A stretch of DNA of 64,000 nucleotides. Origin: Geosiphon pyriformis uo1. Lineage: Eukaryota; Fungi; Glomeromycota. The position numbers and the translations under genes are program-made. The DNA lies in assembly GCA_016748015.1 (NCBI GenBank), contig JAAOMT010000586.1:1-64000 (forward strand). The letters run 5' to 3'. Of the stretch, positions 24,979 to 38,451 are shown piece by piece. Numbering within the stretch: the first letter of the stretch is position 1; each line of letters begins with the position of its first letter. A model generated the notes under the pieces. The model ran no database searches. It saw only the letters and a list, made by a program, of their open reading frames with translations, and was not told the DNA's origin.

Positions 24979-26053
24979 CATTGTGTGACAAAAAAATTGA
25001 CTACAAATCGATCACAGTTCCACGAAAATCGTATGTTTTAATATATTGTTAGAAATACCAAAAGTCACTGACTTCAACAATATAAAATTTAATATACAAA
25101 TTTTTCTCGGTAATCAATTCGCAACGTCGCAACTTTGAATTTACCAAATTAATTAGCATGGCTTTTTGCTAAAGAACTCCATAAATCGCTCCAAATCATC
25201 CATATTTTGCAGCATTTGTTTTTTTACTTCACGTTTAACAATTGCCCATAGATTTTCAATAGGATTTAGATCTGGACTACACGATGGTCAGTCAATAACT
25301 TCAAGTACATTTTCTGCAAGAAATACCTTAGATTTTCGACTCGTATACTTGGGATTATTATCTTATTGAAAACGCCACTTGTTCCCAAGTGCTCCATTAA
25401 CTTCTCCAACATGTTGTTGGGAAATTTCAATATAAAACTTAGTATCAATGATATGCAAAAAACAAAGTAACTAGTTTTTCCTTTCATAAAAAGTCGCACA
25501 AAAATTTTTATATGATCTTTTGGTCTTGGCCGAATTTACCGTTTTCTCTTGTACCAATGTCCAATTATTTTTGGGAACAGTAAAATACTGTTTCATTCGA
25601 AAATAAGGGTTTTTTATATATCCCAAGTGATTTAAATGTCTGTCAATTGTGCGAAATAAATATTTACTCCTTTTTTATCTGGTGCAGTAGCAATTTTTGT
25701 AGGAACAAAAAAGATTTTTCATCAACATATTAACCTACTTTTTTCGATATATGTTCTGTAATTTTTTTACAACAACCATTACCGGCTTTGTACTCTATTT
25801 TTTCTATTTTTTTCAACTTTTATACATTGTATTGTACTTAATTTTAGAACGGAACTGTTTGACTTTTACTTGCTACTTTCTTTGAACAACAAATTCATTC
25901 CGAATGTGAATTATAAACAAAGTTACAAATTAATTCTGCTTTGAGAATAAAAGAAATGAAGTATATCACGCGGAATTTTATTTTATTCGGATTGGATAAA
26001 AAATGAAAAGGTTTTATTATGTAATTTTGTCAAGTTTTTTGTCACACACAGTG
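24979..26053 (-). mobile_element. Tc1/mariner DNA transposon, degenerate (~1.07 kb), with TIRs and TA target duplication
   Basis: Left TA|cattgtgtgacaaaaaaattgac; right gtcaagttttttgtcacacacagtg|TA. Minus-strand remnants FQ*DNNPKYTS and D*PSCSPDLNPIENLWAIVKREV. Confidence 0.9.
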
Positions 26054-29000
26054 TATATACATATTATACATATACTAAAAATCCAAATTCAAAAACAAAA
26101 ATTATTATTATTAATTTAAAAAAAAATCAAATAATTATGAGCATTATAACTTGATTAAACAGATAATACAAATTGTTTAACTTGTAAATATTGATAGTTG
26201 AAAAAAACACTATAATATTTGAAAAATGAACAAACATACAAAAAACAATACGTTTTAAATAATTTATCACAATTTTGCAAAAAAATTTAAATTATCTAGT
26301 TAAATATATATTAAAAAATTAAATATGATTATAATGAAGCAGTTTTTTGCTGAAAATTAATTCTAAAAAAGCATAATTTTTTTGTGTTATAATCTTATAA
26401 AAGTCTCAAAGCTTTTTATTTACAAATACAAATTAAATGAATAAAAAAAATAATAAAACCACTTTATTATTTAATAATAATACATAAATATAATCAAAAA
26501 TTCTTTTATATTCAAATAAAAAATTGCAAAAAATATATTTTAAACATTTAAAGCCACTTTTTTATTAATATTACTTTTTATTACAATTTTCTAAATATAA
26601 AACTGATTTAAAATCATATAATACTAAAATTATTTAAATTAATATAAAAAACTTTTTTGCTTAAATTTGATTAAGTTCTATAATAAATTATTACAAATAA
26701 ACATTTATAATTTTTTTGATCCTTATAAATAAATTTAATTGATTTTACTATACAAATTCAGAATTTTTTAAATTCATTTTAATTTATGCAGTTTAAACAA
26801 AACAAAATTTTGATTTTTTTTAATTTACAAAGTCTTTATATTCAAATTTATTCAGGTCTAACACAAAAAAAGTTGAATATTTTATTTATTATTTTTAATT
26901 GATTAATTTTTATTTTTTAAAATATTTTTTATTAAGTTAGATTATATTTTGTCACAGCTTTTAAATTAAATTAAACATATTTAAGTGATTTTTTTTAAAT
27001 CGACATATTTTTAAATTTTGTTGAATTTTGATTCTGCATAAGATTATATATAAATAAATAAATTCTAATTTTTCGAGAGATCAATTAAATTTCCTTAATA
27101 TTTTTATATTGTTGTATTTATTTTTTACTTAAAACTTCAAATTTTAATTCCCACATTAATATTTGAAATACAGATAGCAAATATATTTTAACAAAATATA
27201 TAAGTAAAAACCTATTGTTTTTTATGTAAAAAATTAATACATTATATATTTATAATAAAAAATTTCAAAATAAATATTTAACAAGCAAATTTAAAAAAGA
27301 CTCAAAAATCAAATGTCAAATCAATTATTTTATTAATTTAAATCAGAATACAACATAGTTAACAGAATTCTTTGTAAAAAATATTAATGAACTTCAAATT
27401 TCAAGTTTTGAAATTATTAATTGTTTTTTTCAAGATAATATAGTGCTAAAAAAAATTATTATTTTAACAAGAAACATTAATCCAAAAATTTTAACCAAAA
27501 TTTGATATTTAAACCACTATATTGTATTGTTTAAAGCTAAAAATTTCAAAAACTTTTACATTTTCTGATAAGTTTTTTGGCTACTGGCTTTTAATTAAAA
27601 AATCAAATAACACTTAATTTTTTCAATTTTTCAATCTTTTTGAATTTCCAAGAAAGTTTTTATATTATGAAAATATTGATTTTTTTTTCAAAATGTTTGT
27701 ATGACTTTCAAAATTTTCTGTAATTTTGATTCTTTTGCAAAGACAAAAATGATATTTAGAAATAAAAAAATTTGTATTATTGAAAAAATATTTAATTTTA
27801 AAATTATAAAAATAAAATAATTAAGCATTTTTTAATATAAACAAATTTTTTAATGTATTTTTTTATTATACAAAACAATCATTACTTTTAAAAATAATAT
27901 TAATAATCATAAACATGTAAAATCTTCAATCTGATTAAAATTATTAAATATATATTAGCGTGATATCAGATTGAGAAAAATAGTTTCAAATTCAAGCTTA
28001 AAAAAAATATTTAACAAATTTTACTAACAGTATAGACTGAATTTTTCAAAAGTGTGCAAGTAATTGTTCTTTTTGGAAAGCCGAAAGACCACTTGATCGA
28101 CACCATAAAATCTAGACACAAGAATCATTCTAACCTTAAAAAATTATTTGCATAAGCAAAATTTTGAAAAAATCCCCACACTATTACAAAACAATAATTT
28201 TTAAGCTGTTCCCCAAATTAGATTTACAAATAAAAAGAAAAAAAGGGTTACATTCATATTTCAAAAAAGAAATTAGCTTCCACCTATATTACTGATTGAT
28301 AAATATTAAATGGAAACTAATAGTACTAAAAATTAATTCGTTTTCAGCGAAGTTTCGTCATTTAGTTGGGAAAATAGAATAACCTTATTTTATTGAATAT
28401 ATAAATATTAACCCGTCAAAACTTTTGAATTATAAAAGTAAATTAATAGTCTGGCTTAAAATGATTTCATTTGAGAAAGATTTGTATCCTTCTGTTTAAA
28501 AGCAACACTTTTTTTACGCTTACTCTAGGTATTATTTTCGAGTGTACTTATAAATGGGGGTGTTACTAAAAGACAAGGCCTTGCAATTGTAATACCATTT
28601 ATAATGAGTTATCTATAGCTGGAAAAATCCGGAAAATCTTTGATTAATAACAGTTGCGATTTTGTTCATAAGTTTACATCACTTGATCGTTTACAATAAA
28701 GACAATGGGAAAATATTTATTTCCCGATCAAGAATATTCTTTAAATTTAATACGCGCGAAAACCCGAGATAAGGATTTTGTTTTTAAATCATATGACTTC
28801 AAAGTTGGAGAGTACTAGTATAGATATAGAGTTAGAAACCTCTCGTCAATATATAATAAGGCATTATCAAAATTTAAATAAAAAATGATTAGTTTTACAT
28901 TTATTACATTGATATTTAGGCCCTAATGAATTTTTTATAGAATTTGAATTTAAAAAGAGAGAAAGAGAGAAAGAGAGAGAGAGATTCGAATAATAAGGCT

Positions 29001-30238
29001 TTCAATTGATAGATTCGGGAAAATAAGGAGGGACTTAACCGAATTAGAAAGTATTCGATGAGAAAAATTTCAAGAATTAGACACGATCCGCGAACAACTC
29101 GGAGAGAAAAAATTCGAATCATAAAAGAATGATTAATTCTCTTTTAGAGAAAGAAAGGAATCGAATTGATTCTATGAACCATCATATTTTTTACCAGATT
29201 TTTCGATTAATTTCCTATATTTTTCATAAGAATAAGTATTTTTTCTAAAAATAAAACTAATTAATAAGCTTAAATCTTACAGAAAAGCGAAAAAGGTATA
29301 TGTTTAGCTCTTGTGAAATATTTTTCTGTTATAAATTATAAAAATATGTTGTAAATAAAATATTATTTATATATTGAAATAACTTGAAATTGAAAAGTTT
29401 TACACAATTACAAAATTTTTAATGATCCAAAAATAATTTTATCTAGTATTTGCAATAAGGCTAATTGATTTATTAATTTCTTAAGGATGAATAAATTTTT
29501 TTTATAATATCTAAAAATAATTATATATTATACTTCTTTTCTTTTTAAGATAAAATCTTTGCTTATTTATCAAATGTTCAAATTATATAGCTGTATTTAT
29601 TTTTCATTTTTGTATATTTTAATTTTTAATATTTTGTTTGTTTCTATTTTTAGTCTTGAAACTATTTATTTGTAACAGTTTAATAAGACTAAACTTTTCA
29701 AAATGTTTTAAAAATATGTTTAATCTTATAAATTAATTCAATTAAAAAATGAATTTAATATATTTTTTGTCAAATTATTATTTTTGAAAAAAGAGAATTT
29801 TTTATTCTTTTATTTTAATTTTTAAAATCTTTTCTTTTAATATATGTAAATAGAATATTTAAACCAAAATTTGTATAATTTTTTAAATTCAAAATTACTT
29901 ATATATATTATTAACAAATATTAATAATTTTTTTACGACTACAATAATAGAACATATATATGCTTAACAAAATAGAAGAGGCTCACACACTTGCTACGCT
30001 TGACAAGCCACCTGATTTAAAAAATCATTTCGATTATCGTTTATTTTCAATTTGATATTGTTTTGTTTATATATAATTATTATTTTTTATTTTTAGTATT
30101 TAAATTTCCTTTTTATTTATTTAATTTAAATCATAATATGAGCTGCACAAAAATTTTATTATTTATTTGATTCACATATAAAAATCTTTTATAAAAAATA
30201 TTCATTATTTGCAAACTTAAATTATGAGTTATCTATTT

Positions 30239-30269
<31 letters not shown>

Positions 30270-31094
30270 TAATAAATTCCATCATTGCTTCATTTATTTG
30301 ATTAAACTACATAAGAAGAATTGTCCATTTTGAAACTAATTATTTTATTTAAACAAAAATAAAAATCATAGGATTAATAAAAATATATAAGAATATTGAG
30401 AAGGAAAACGAAGAGAAATAGGTTTTAATTTTTTGTAAACAGCACAAGTTATTCTAAATATAAAAATTAAATATAAAAATTAAAGATCAACAAGATATAG
30501 CCTTTTTTATATACTTTACTTGATGTAATTATCTCGCTTAGAACGAGAATTGCAATACCTTGTTAAATTGGTATCTGTTTTAAAACAATTCACAAAAGGC
30601 AATAAGTATTATAAAAGCATTCGCACAAACATTTTATGAAGTTATTAACTATTAAATTCTTTAAGAAATAGCTTTGGATTATTAGCTTGAAAAATAATTA
30701 AAGTCAGTAGCTTTAAATAGAAATTTTGAAAGTTTAATTATTTAGCTAAATATATTAAAAAAAGGCTAGTTTAAAAGCTAATTATGAGAAACACTACTGA
30801 ATTATTATTGTTAAGTTGAACTTTGACCATAAATTCCAATATGTTTTTGAATCAGCTAAATTTTCTTTTAAAACCTGAATCATTCAAGCAAGGTGTTTCC
30901 AAAATTTTCAATTTCAAACACTTTATTTCTTACCTATGAGACTTTGATTAAAATTAACTGTTGTGAAAACATTAGATGTTTTCCCAGATATTTTAACCCA
31001 GGAAAAATTTGAAATTTCGGAGGATATTTCGACATTCTACAGAGCCATGGAGATTTAATTGGCAGCTAAATTTAACAATCTTAATTTAATATTT

Positions 31095-32711
31095 TTACAT
31101 TATTAATATTCTGCTCGAAAACAGTTGTTTCTTACAAAATTGTGCATTTAAGACTTCCATCGATTCAGTATTACAAACTCCAAATGTTATACCAAAATAT
31201 GGTCCCATATGAGCTGCTTCTGGGTCCATTCCAGTTGTATTCTCTTGACCTAGATTGCAATTCTATTAATTAATCAGAGTAGCGTGTTTGATTAATGAAT
31301 AAAATTTATATTCAGTCATGAAACAATAAATATTTAAACCACAAAATTTACATACTGGATTCTCGCCATGACCGGTTAGAATGTAATTTTTATTCCCATT
31401 AACATTCTCATCTAAAAACCCAGTACAAGCCCATACCTCAAAATTATACGGGTTATTTGGATCAGGACATCCACAATCAGGATAATTAATCCAAAACTCG
31501 GTTTCATGATGCTGAAAACCCATCGTGCCAGCTCGTTCTAGATGCTCACGAGGCAAGTAATCATTTGCATGAGTTATTCGTGATATTTTGATATTGAGAG
31601 CATTGATAAGATTGGCGAATTGCGCGAGACCCAAGCGTGGTTGCCCAAATGTTGTTGTAATAATTTGCATGTCTTTTAAGAAGGAATTTGGTTGAAAAGA
31701 CTCGAGAGTTAATTCTAAGCTTGCTAGAATTGCGTAAACTTTTTCAATAAAGTTAGTCGTAGAAGAAATTTAGAAAAATGTCTTTAGAATTTTCTATAGT
31801 CATTTTATAAACTTCAAAATTTAATATTCTAAGAAAATTAATCATATAATAACCTCCACCAATTCCATGACCAGTTAATAACAATTGCCGTCTCCCATGT
31901 CCATTGGTTGAAGGTGGTCTGGCTAATTTCTCAATTTCGTCCAATAGAAGAGGTTTCATTGTTTTTATCTCACCCAACCAAGCCTGATCCAACACTGGTG
32001 CCACCGAGCTCATAGGCATAATTCGACGCAAATTATCATGCTTGTAGACTCCCACAAAAGATTTTCGTTTTTTCCATTGTCGTGGGGTTAAATCAAGGCC
32101 TTTAAAGTATACAATTATTTCACCTGTTTGGGAGACTTTATATGCATGAGCTTGGAGAATATTAAAGAAATGGGTTATTAAACAGTTAATTTTGGAATTG
32201 TTACAGAATATTACAAATCTTACAAAGAACATTTACCAATGACGCCTGGTACAACGTGTCCAATGGAGTTTGAATCTCTCATACAATATGGAATATTTGC
32301 CACTCGAGCCATTCTGTTAAAGAGAGACAAATCAGGGTCACTTGAAAGGATTACGCGTATTGGAAGGCTTGATAATTCAGGTTGTCCTAGATCTTCAAAT
32401 TGGCCTGCTATTTTAAAATTTTTGCTTCGTTTTGAACGAGCTATATCTGAGTATAGGGTACTAATATTTGGATTGAAGCGAAAGGAAGATTTTGAATTGA
32501 ATGAGACCATTCTATGCGGTTGAAAGAATGAAAGTGTTTTATTCACGAGAGACCAAAGTCTAGCCCTAAGAAATTTGCAAGAATCAAAAGAATTTAATGC
32601 AATTGAATCTGAGACATTTGGATGTAATGAATTAATCCAAATTAAAATCAAAAAAAATACAAAAAAAATCCATCTCTTGGATTGAAAAGTGGTTCGTGAT
32701 ATTAATGCCAT
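31095..32711 (-). CDS. Class 3 lipase-family homologue, predicted catalytically inactive, N-terminal TM anchor; exons 32711-32237, 32150-31854, 31738-31356, 31262-31095 (~440 aa)
   Basis: Same three intron positions and phases as 5023-6534. Motifs PYC, VYFKG, TGHGIGGVYA, TFGQPRLG, RITHANDYLP, FQHHETEFWI, AHMGPYFG. TM WIFFVFFLILIWI. The extreme 3' end could hold one more intron (gtaag near 31135). Confidence 0.85.
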
Positions 32712-34752
32712 AGATATTGGTGTTAAAAATTTTAGAATTGCCAGAACTAGAAAATCAACTACCACTTAAAACTTTATAAAATCAAAGACAAGGGACAAAA
32801 AAATCTCAGCCCAATTAATTAACAAACAAAATACAAATAACTATAAATGAAGAATTAAACTGATTTTGGAAAAAGAAATTCCAGCTTTATTAAGTTTGAA
32901 TATTTTCTTCCATTGTTTTAGAAGAATTCATACAAATATTGAAAAATTATGCGCATGTGAGTAGATTGATTATTGTGAAGACTGGATTTATATCGATCGG
33001 CACTCGGTGGAAAAGTCACCCGTTTTTTCTGTATGGGATTAAATCCTCCATTGAGATTCAGAGATCTGTCACATTAAGTCTATAGCTTGAAGATTGTCTT
33101 GCTAAAAAGTAATAATGTGATTAGGATTTTTAACAAAAGTGATTCATATAAACAATTCGATAAATGTATTCAAGAAACATGAAATAAAGTGTTACATAAT
33201 TTACACTAAATTTCATTTAAATTTAAAAAAGTTATATTTAAAATAAGTTTAATTATTAATCTTAGTATATTTGGCATCTTGAAACAAAACAATTTGGTAG
33301 TAAAAATTATTTAAAAGCTATAAATTAGAAATGCTCTAAATTAAAATTAATAAATAGACATGGCCAAATAAAATAAAACATATCTTTTGGAAAAAACTAA
33401 AGAACAATTGTTATAATATATTTTCGCGTATTAGATAAGTATGTTAAAAAAAGCAAATAAAATGTCGAGTAAAATTTTTATTAAAATTTCTAAAATAATC
33501 TGAATATACTAATAAACTCGTCAAAAGCATTGGTTAAACCAGCACGTAAGAAAGTGGATTATATTATTTCAAATAAACGCTTCGAATAATAATATTAAAA
33601 TATTATCCTTTTTGGTGAATTAAAATTTAAATTGTCTAATTTTGTTAATCAATTTATAGTTTTAATATTATTATAAAAATTTTGCTTACTTTTTATTTTC
33701 ATTAATTCAATGCTATTTTATTTTTTATAAATGTATCATAAATTTTTTATTAAAGAAATTATTAGTAATTTATGATAGATAATGATTATATTTTATGGAT
33801 CCATTAAAAAGAATCTTTAAATTTGGTTTAATTATCTGATTAGCAAGTAATTTCTATTATAAGATTTATATCTGGACCAAATGCTTTCTTAACTTGAAAA
33901 TTAATTCAAGCAAATATGACATATGAAAAAATTTAACTTAAATTGATAAAAATAGATTTTGATTTTTTTTTGACAAATTTAAGCAGTATGCCTCAATTGT
34001 CAGGTTTTATATATTGAAAAGCATTATAAATAAAATAAAATAATAAATATATTATGTAATATAAAACTGAACATTCTTTATAAAAGACATCTGTATTTTT
34101 TAAGGATCAATATTGTAACATAATCAAGCTTTCTTTACTTAAAAATTGCAGAAAATGATTTTAAAAATGCTAGTTGTGTTACTAAAGCATTTCTTTAGAC
34201 CAATTTACCTGAATTATTCACTAATTATTCTTAGTCTTGATTTGAAAAAATTCATAAAAATGTAGCCAAAAATTTACTGAATTAAAGCACTTTATGGTCG
34301 AGAAGTAAACAAGTGTTTTAGATTCTCTTGCAAAGAATTTAATAAAATTTATAAAGAATAAGCCAGAAAGATGTAAGAAACAAATTCTTTAATATTTATT
34401 AATTAATATAATTAGTTGGTTATATGTTTTTAAATAGTTATTTTGGAAATAATTTGTATAACAAGTTATTGAAATATTGTGTAATAATAAATTTTTTTTG
34501 ATATTATATATTAAGCAGTCAATAAAATTAAAATTAATAAAATCAATGTAAATTGTTCAGTTTTAATTATTATTATTAAATAAAAACTCAAATAAAAATA
34601 TAAGTGGATTTTTTTTTAATAATACAAAAAATCATTTGCGTTCTCATAATGAAACTTTATTTTATATTCTAAATAACTAGTTAGTTATTTACAGTAATTT
34701 ATTTATTTTTTCAATAAAAAATTGCTTTATCTTTTATTATTAACTTTATTAT

Positions 34753-34830
34753 TTGTTTTGTTATAAACATAATATTAAAAAATTAATTAATTGTTTTGTT
34801 ATAAACATAATACTAAAAAATTAATTAATT
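34753..34830. repeat. Two-copy 38-bp tandem repeat
   Basis: ttgttttgttataaacataata(t/c)taaaaaattaattaa starts at 34753 and 34791. Confidence 0.8.
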
Positions 34831-36789
34831 TTTATTATTATTAGGTGTTTTAAATTTAACAATTTAATAATCCTGATCTTATTACAAATTTTTTTAAAAA
34901 TAACCATATTATTATTTCTGATAATTTGAAACAAAAAAACTGTATTAATAGTTATTAATATTATATATTTAGTTATTCTATTTTTCAAAGCTATTAAAAA
35001 ATAAAAATAATTGATGTTTATTATTAAATTTTAGGACATTGATTAATACATACAATTATAATAACTGTTTTAGTTTTTGTTTGATTATTTTCAAATGTTG
35101 TTAGTAATAATAATTAACTCTTGTTTAAATACTTTTTGTTATTATTGTATATTGCAGACTTGTTAAAATTTTTTGTTGCTGTGTGCTAACAAATCTGTTG
35201 TTTTTTAAATAATGTTTAGTTATAGAATATTTCAAATTTTAATCTAAAAACTAAACTATAAAAAATTTACAATTAATCTAAGATTTCTAAATTTCAAAAA
35301 TTTAAATTTGTTAAAAGTATAAGGTTAGCTTATTTTAAGTTTATTAAGTTAAAATTTTTTAACAAGTTTTAATTGCGCATAATTTCCAAAAATTAAAATG
35401 TTAATATTGTAAATTAATTATAAAATGTTAAAACTTTTAAGTTATTGATCAATCCTAGTGAAGGTATATATTTTTTATAAAAAAACCACTTTTTTTATAC
35501 ATTTTTGAATAATATTATTTCAAGTTTTAGCATTATTATTTTTGCAAAAATGTGGCAAATTTTTCTAAGATAAATGTGAATTATGACAAACTTTTTCAAA
35601 TTATTCATATTTTTATTAAATACATAGTATATTTAATTAGACTTGTATATTGTACAAATTATAATAATTTGAATACTAAAATGTGATATGAAAATCTATG
35701 CTAAATTAATTATAAGAGTTAGAAATAATTTCAATATAATTTTTGGATTAAATTTTAACTGATAAAATGTTCTCCGATTTCCAAAGTTAAAAAAACACTT
35801 ATTATAATAAAACACTCAATTAATTGTATTATTATCTTAAAATTTTGGAATAATTTAAAAATTTATTACAATTTTTATCACCAGAAAAATGTAAGACAAA
35901 TAAGAAAATACAAAAATATTTCACAAAATGGCAAGTTACTACTTATTTAAAACTTAACAAATTAATAATTAAAACAAATAAAAATTCAAATTTGCCAAAA
36001 ATGTATTATTTCTTAAAATAACCAAGAGTATTTAAAATGATATGCTATTTATGCTATTACTTATTAAAAACCTAAAATAAATTAAATTTAAAAAAAAAGA
36101 AAACTTATTAATTATAACGTTTTTTTACAAACAAACATTTATTCTGTTATTTAATTCAAATATTTTACAAACAATAAATTAAAAATTAAACCAAAAAAAC
36201 TTATCATGTTAATGTTAAATTTAATTTATTACCAAAAGTTTTAATCGAAATTAATTTGAATTTTTTCTTGAAATATTCCCAAGAAAAGTGATTTAAATTG
36301 CTTTTAGACTATTATTAACTAATAAAAAAATCAATATTAGAAACAAAAAAGAATTACTTTAAAACAAAACTGAAACCTATTTACAATAAACCAAATAAAA
36401 AATTGTTTAAGCCATTTACTTATTCTTAATCTAAAATTAAGGTTTATAATTTGTTTAAAAACATAAAAATTTAAACATTAATAATATAAAACGCAAAATA
36501 AACTGGTAAAAATTAATTAAAGATTAATGTATTAGCTAAAAGCTAATCCAAACCAGAATTGTTCAATATGCTTCTGTTGTTATTGATTAAAACAAGAGAT
36601 TTTTTCCTATTTATAGCCATAATAAAGCTGGATACTATAATTAGTACTAGTAATACAAAATTGACAAGAGAATCAAAAGAGACAGAAAAAACCAAAGTTT
36701 TATTTTTTACAAGAAAAAAAGCAGGCTCCAAAACACTAGAATTATTAAAAACACCAAAAAAAAGGCTTCAATATTTTAAAAAAATTGTT

Positions 36790-38451
36790 ATCACAATGAA
36801 TGGTGGAGAAATAACTGCCAGTCGACGTCTTAAAAAGAAAACAAGTACTAATAAGCGAACGTTTTACTACTGAGATCGCAATACGCCGCTTTGTCAGAAA
36901 ACGTATCTCAATATGTTAGGAATTGGACTCATTTGGAAACCGTCAGAAATCATCTGGCAACGAATGGTATTGTGTCGCGCATTCACAGTAACGTAAAACG
37001 ACTGCCGCGATGGAAAACCAAAATAACCATTGATATTACCATCGCTACCGCCGTGAAGAATTTTCTCGAAAACTATGCTGAAATTCATGGGTTACCAAGT
37101 CCTGGTAAAAATGTTAATCGCATTACTCAATCGTTTACACTCTTGCCAGCTGAAACTAGTTACAAATCGGTCTATCGTAATTTTATTGCAGGTCTTGAAA
37201 ACAATAGCACGTTGAAATTGTTAAAATATGATGCGTTCCGAAGTTATGGCACCAATTAACGCCATATATTCAAATCATGAGTCCAAGAACGGATTTATGT
37301 GACACGTGCCAACATTTTCGGAACGGCCTACAATATAATGCTCGAAAGGAAGAAGCGAAAGATTTACTAAAAAGATACAAAGAACATTTAGTTAAAGGCT
37401 AAATTAGAGAGAAATTATTACAACAAAAATACAAAATTAGCAGAACAACAGAGGAAATTGGTAAACGAACATTTTATAACAAGAGGTAAAGCTGATTATT
37501 GTAGCGTTGATGCTACTGCTCATTATAGTTACGATTGAGCACAAAATGTTCACGTACCCCATTCCGATCAACAGGTAAGTAAAATATATTATCTCAGTCC
37601 GCGTAAAGTACATTTATTTGGTATTCAAGATGAAGCAGTAGGCGAACAAATTAATTACGTTCTCGATGAAGACGAAATTATCGGCAAAGGCCCTAATGGC
37701 ACACTAAGCATGGTATTCGACGGGATTAAGAAATTGAATAGAGGTGAAAAACATTTAAAGATTACTTGTGATAACGCCGGTGGTCAGAATAAAATTAATG
37801 CTACCATTTGATTTTATCTATATTTAGTAGTTTGCAGTTATTATGAAAGTATCGAACTAAATTTCATGGTACCTGGACATACTAAATTCAAATGTGATGG
37901 TAATTAAAAAACTCTAGAAAAACAACTGTAGATTGTGTGGACCATATTGTTGAGGTTGTGAAAAGATCGAGTACAGCAGGATTAAATAAAGCTCAGTGTT
38001 ATGACAACGGAAAAGGCTTTCAATACTTAGAACTTAACTCTGTATTGGGGATTTTCTTTAAAAAATTGAGTAGTTTGCAGAAATACCAGCATTTTCTATT
38101 TGAAGCAACTCGACCTGGAATTGTCAAAGCCCAGCTGGTTGCTAATAGTGCTTTTACTGAATTTAATTTATTGAAAACCAGAAAAGCAACTGTTTCTGAA
38201 ATTACTAAAGAAATTAAATCTTTATCAATTTTAATATTAACACCGCCTCCATTGGATTACAAAAGGCAAGAATACCTTTATCATAATATTAGCCCATTTT
38301 TCAGAGATGAATTTAAAGACATTACTTGTCCCAAGCCAGTATTAAATGTAATCAAGTAAATTTTATATTAAACAAAAAAATGTTTAAATAAACTTTGTTT
38401 TCTTAATTAATCGCACTTACGTTCAATAACTAAAATAACTATTTTCTCGTT
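36790..38451 (+). mobile_element. 5'-truncated, frameshifted Sola-like (probably Sola1) DDD transposase relic; coding remnant to 38359
   Basis: Across frames: PRTDLCDTC, HYSYD(TGA)AQNVHVP, YYLSPRKVHLFGI, GKGPN, ITCDNAGGQNK, FMVPGHTKFKCDG, EFKDITCPKP. Family name is from motif recall. The right end at 38451 (before AATT) is inferred. Confidence 0.7.

Noticed and set aside
28800-29230. GA-rich, CpG-retaining patch with ORF 28916-29122
   Set aside because: No termini, TSD or protein motif could be identified; the ORF is low-complexity.
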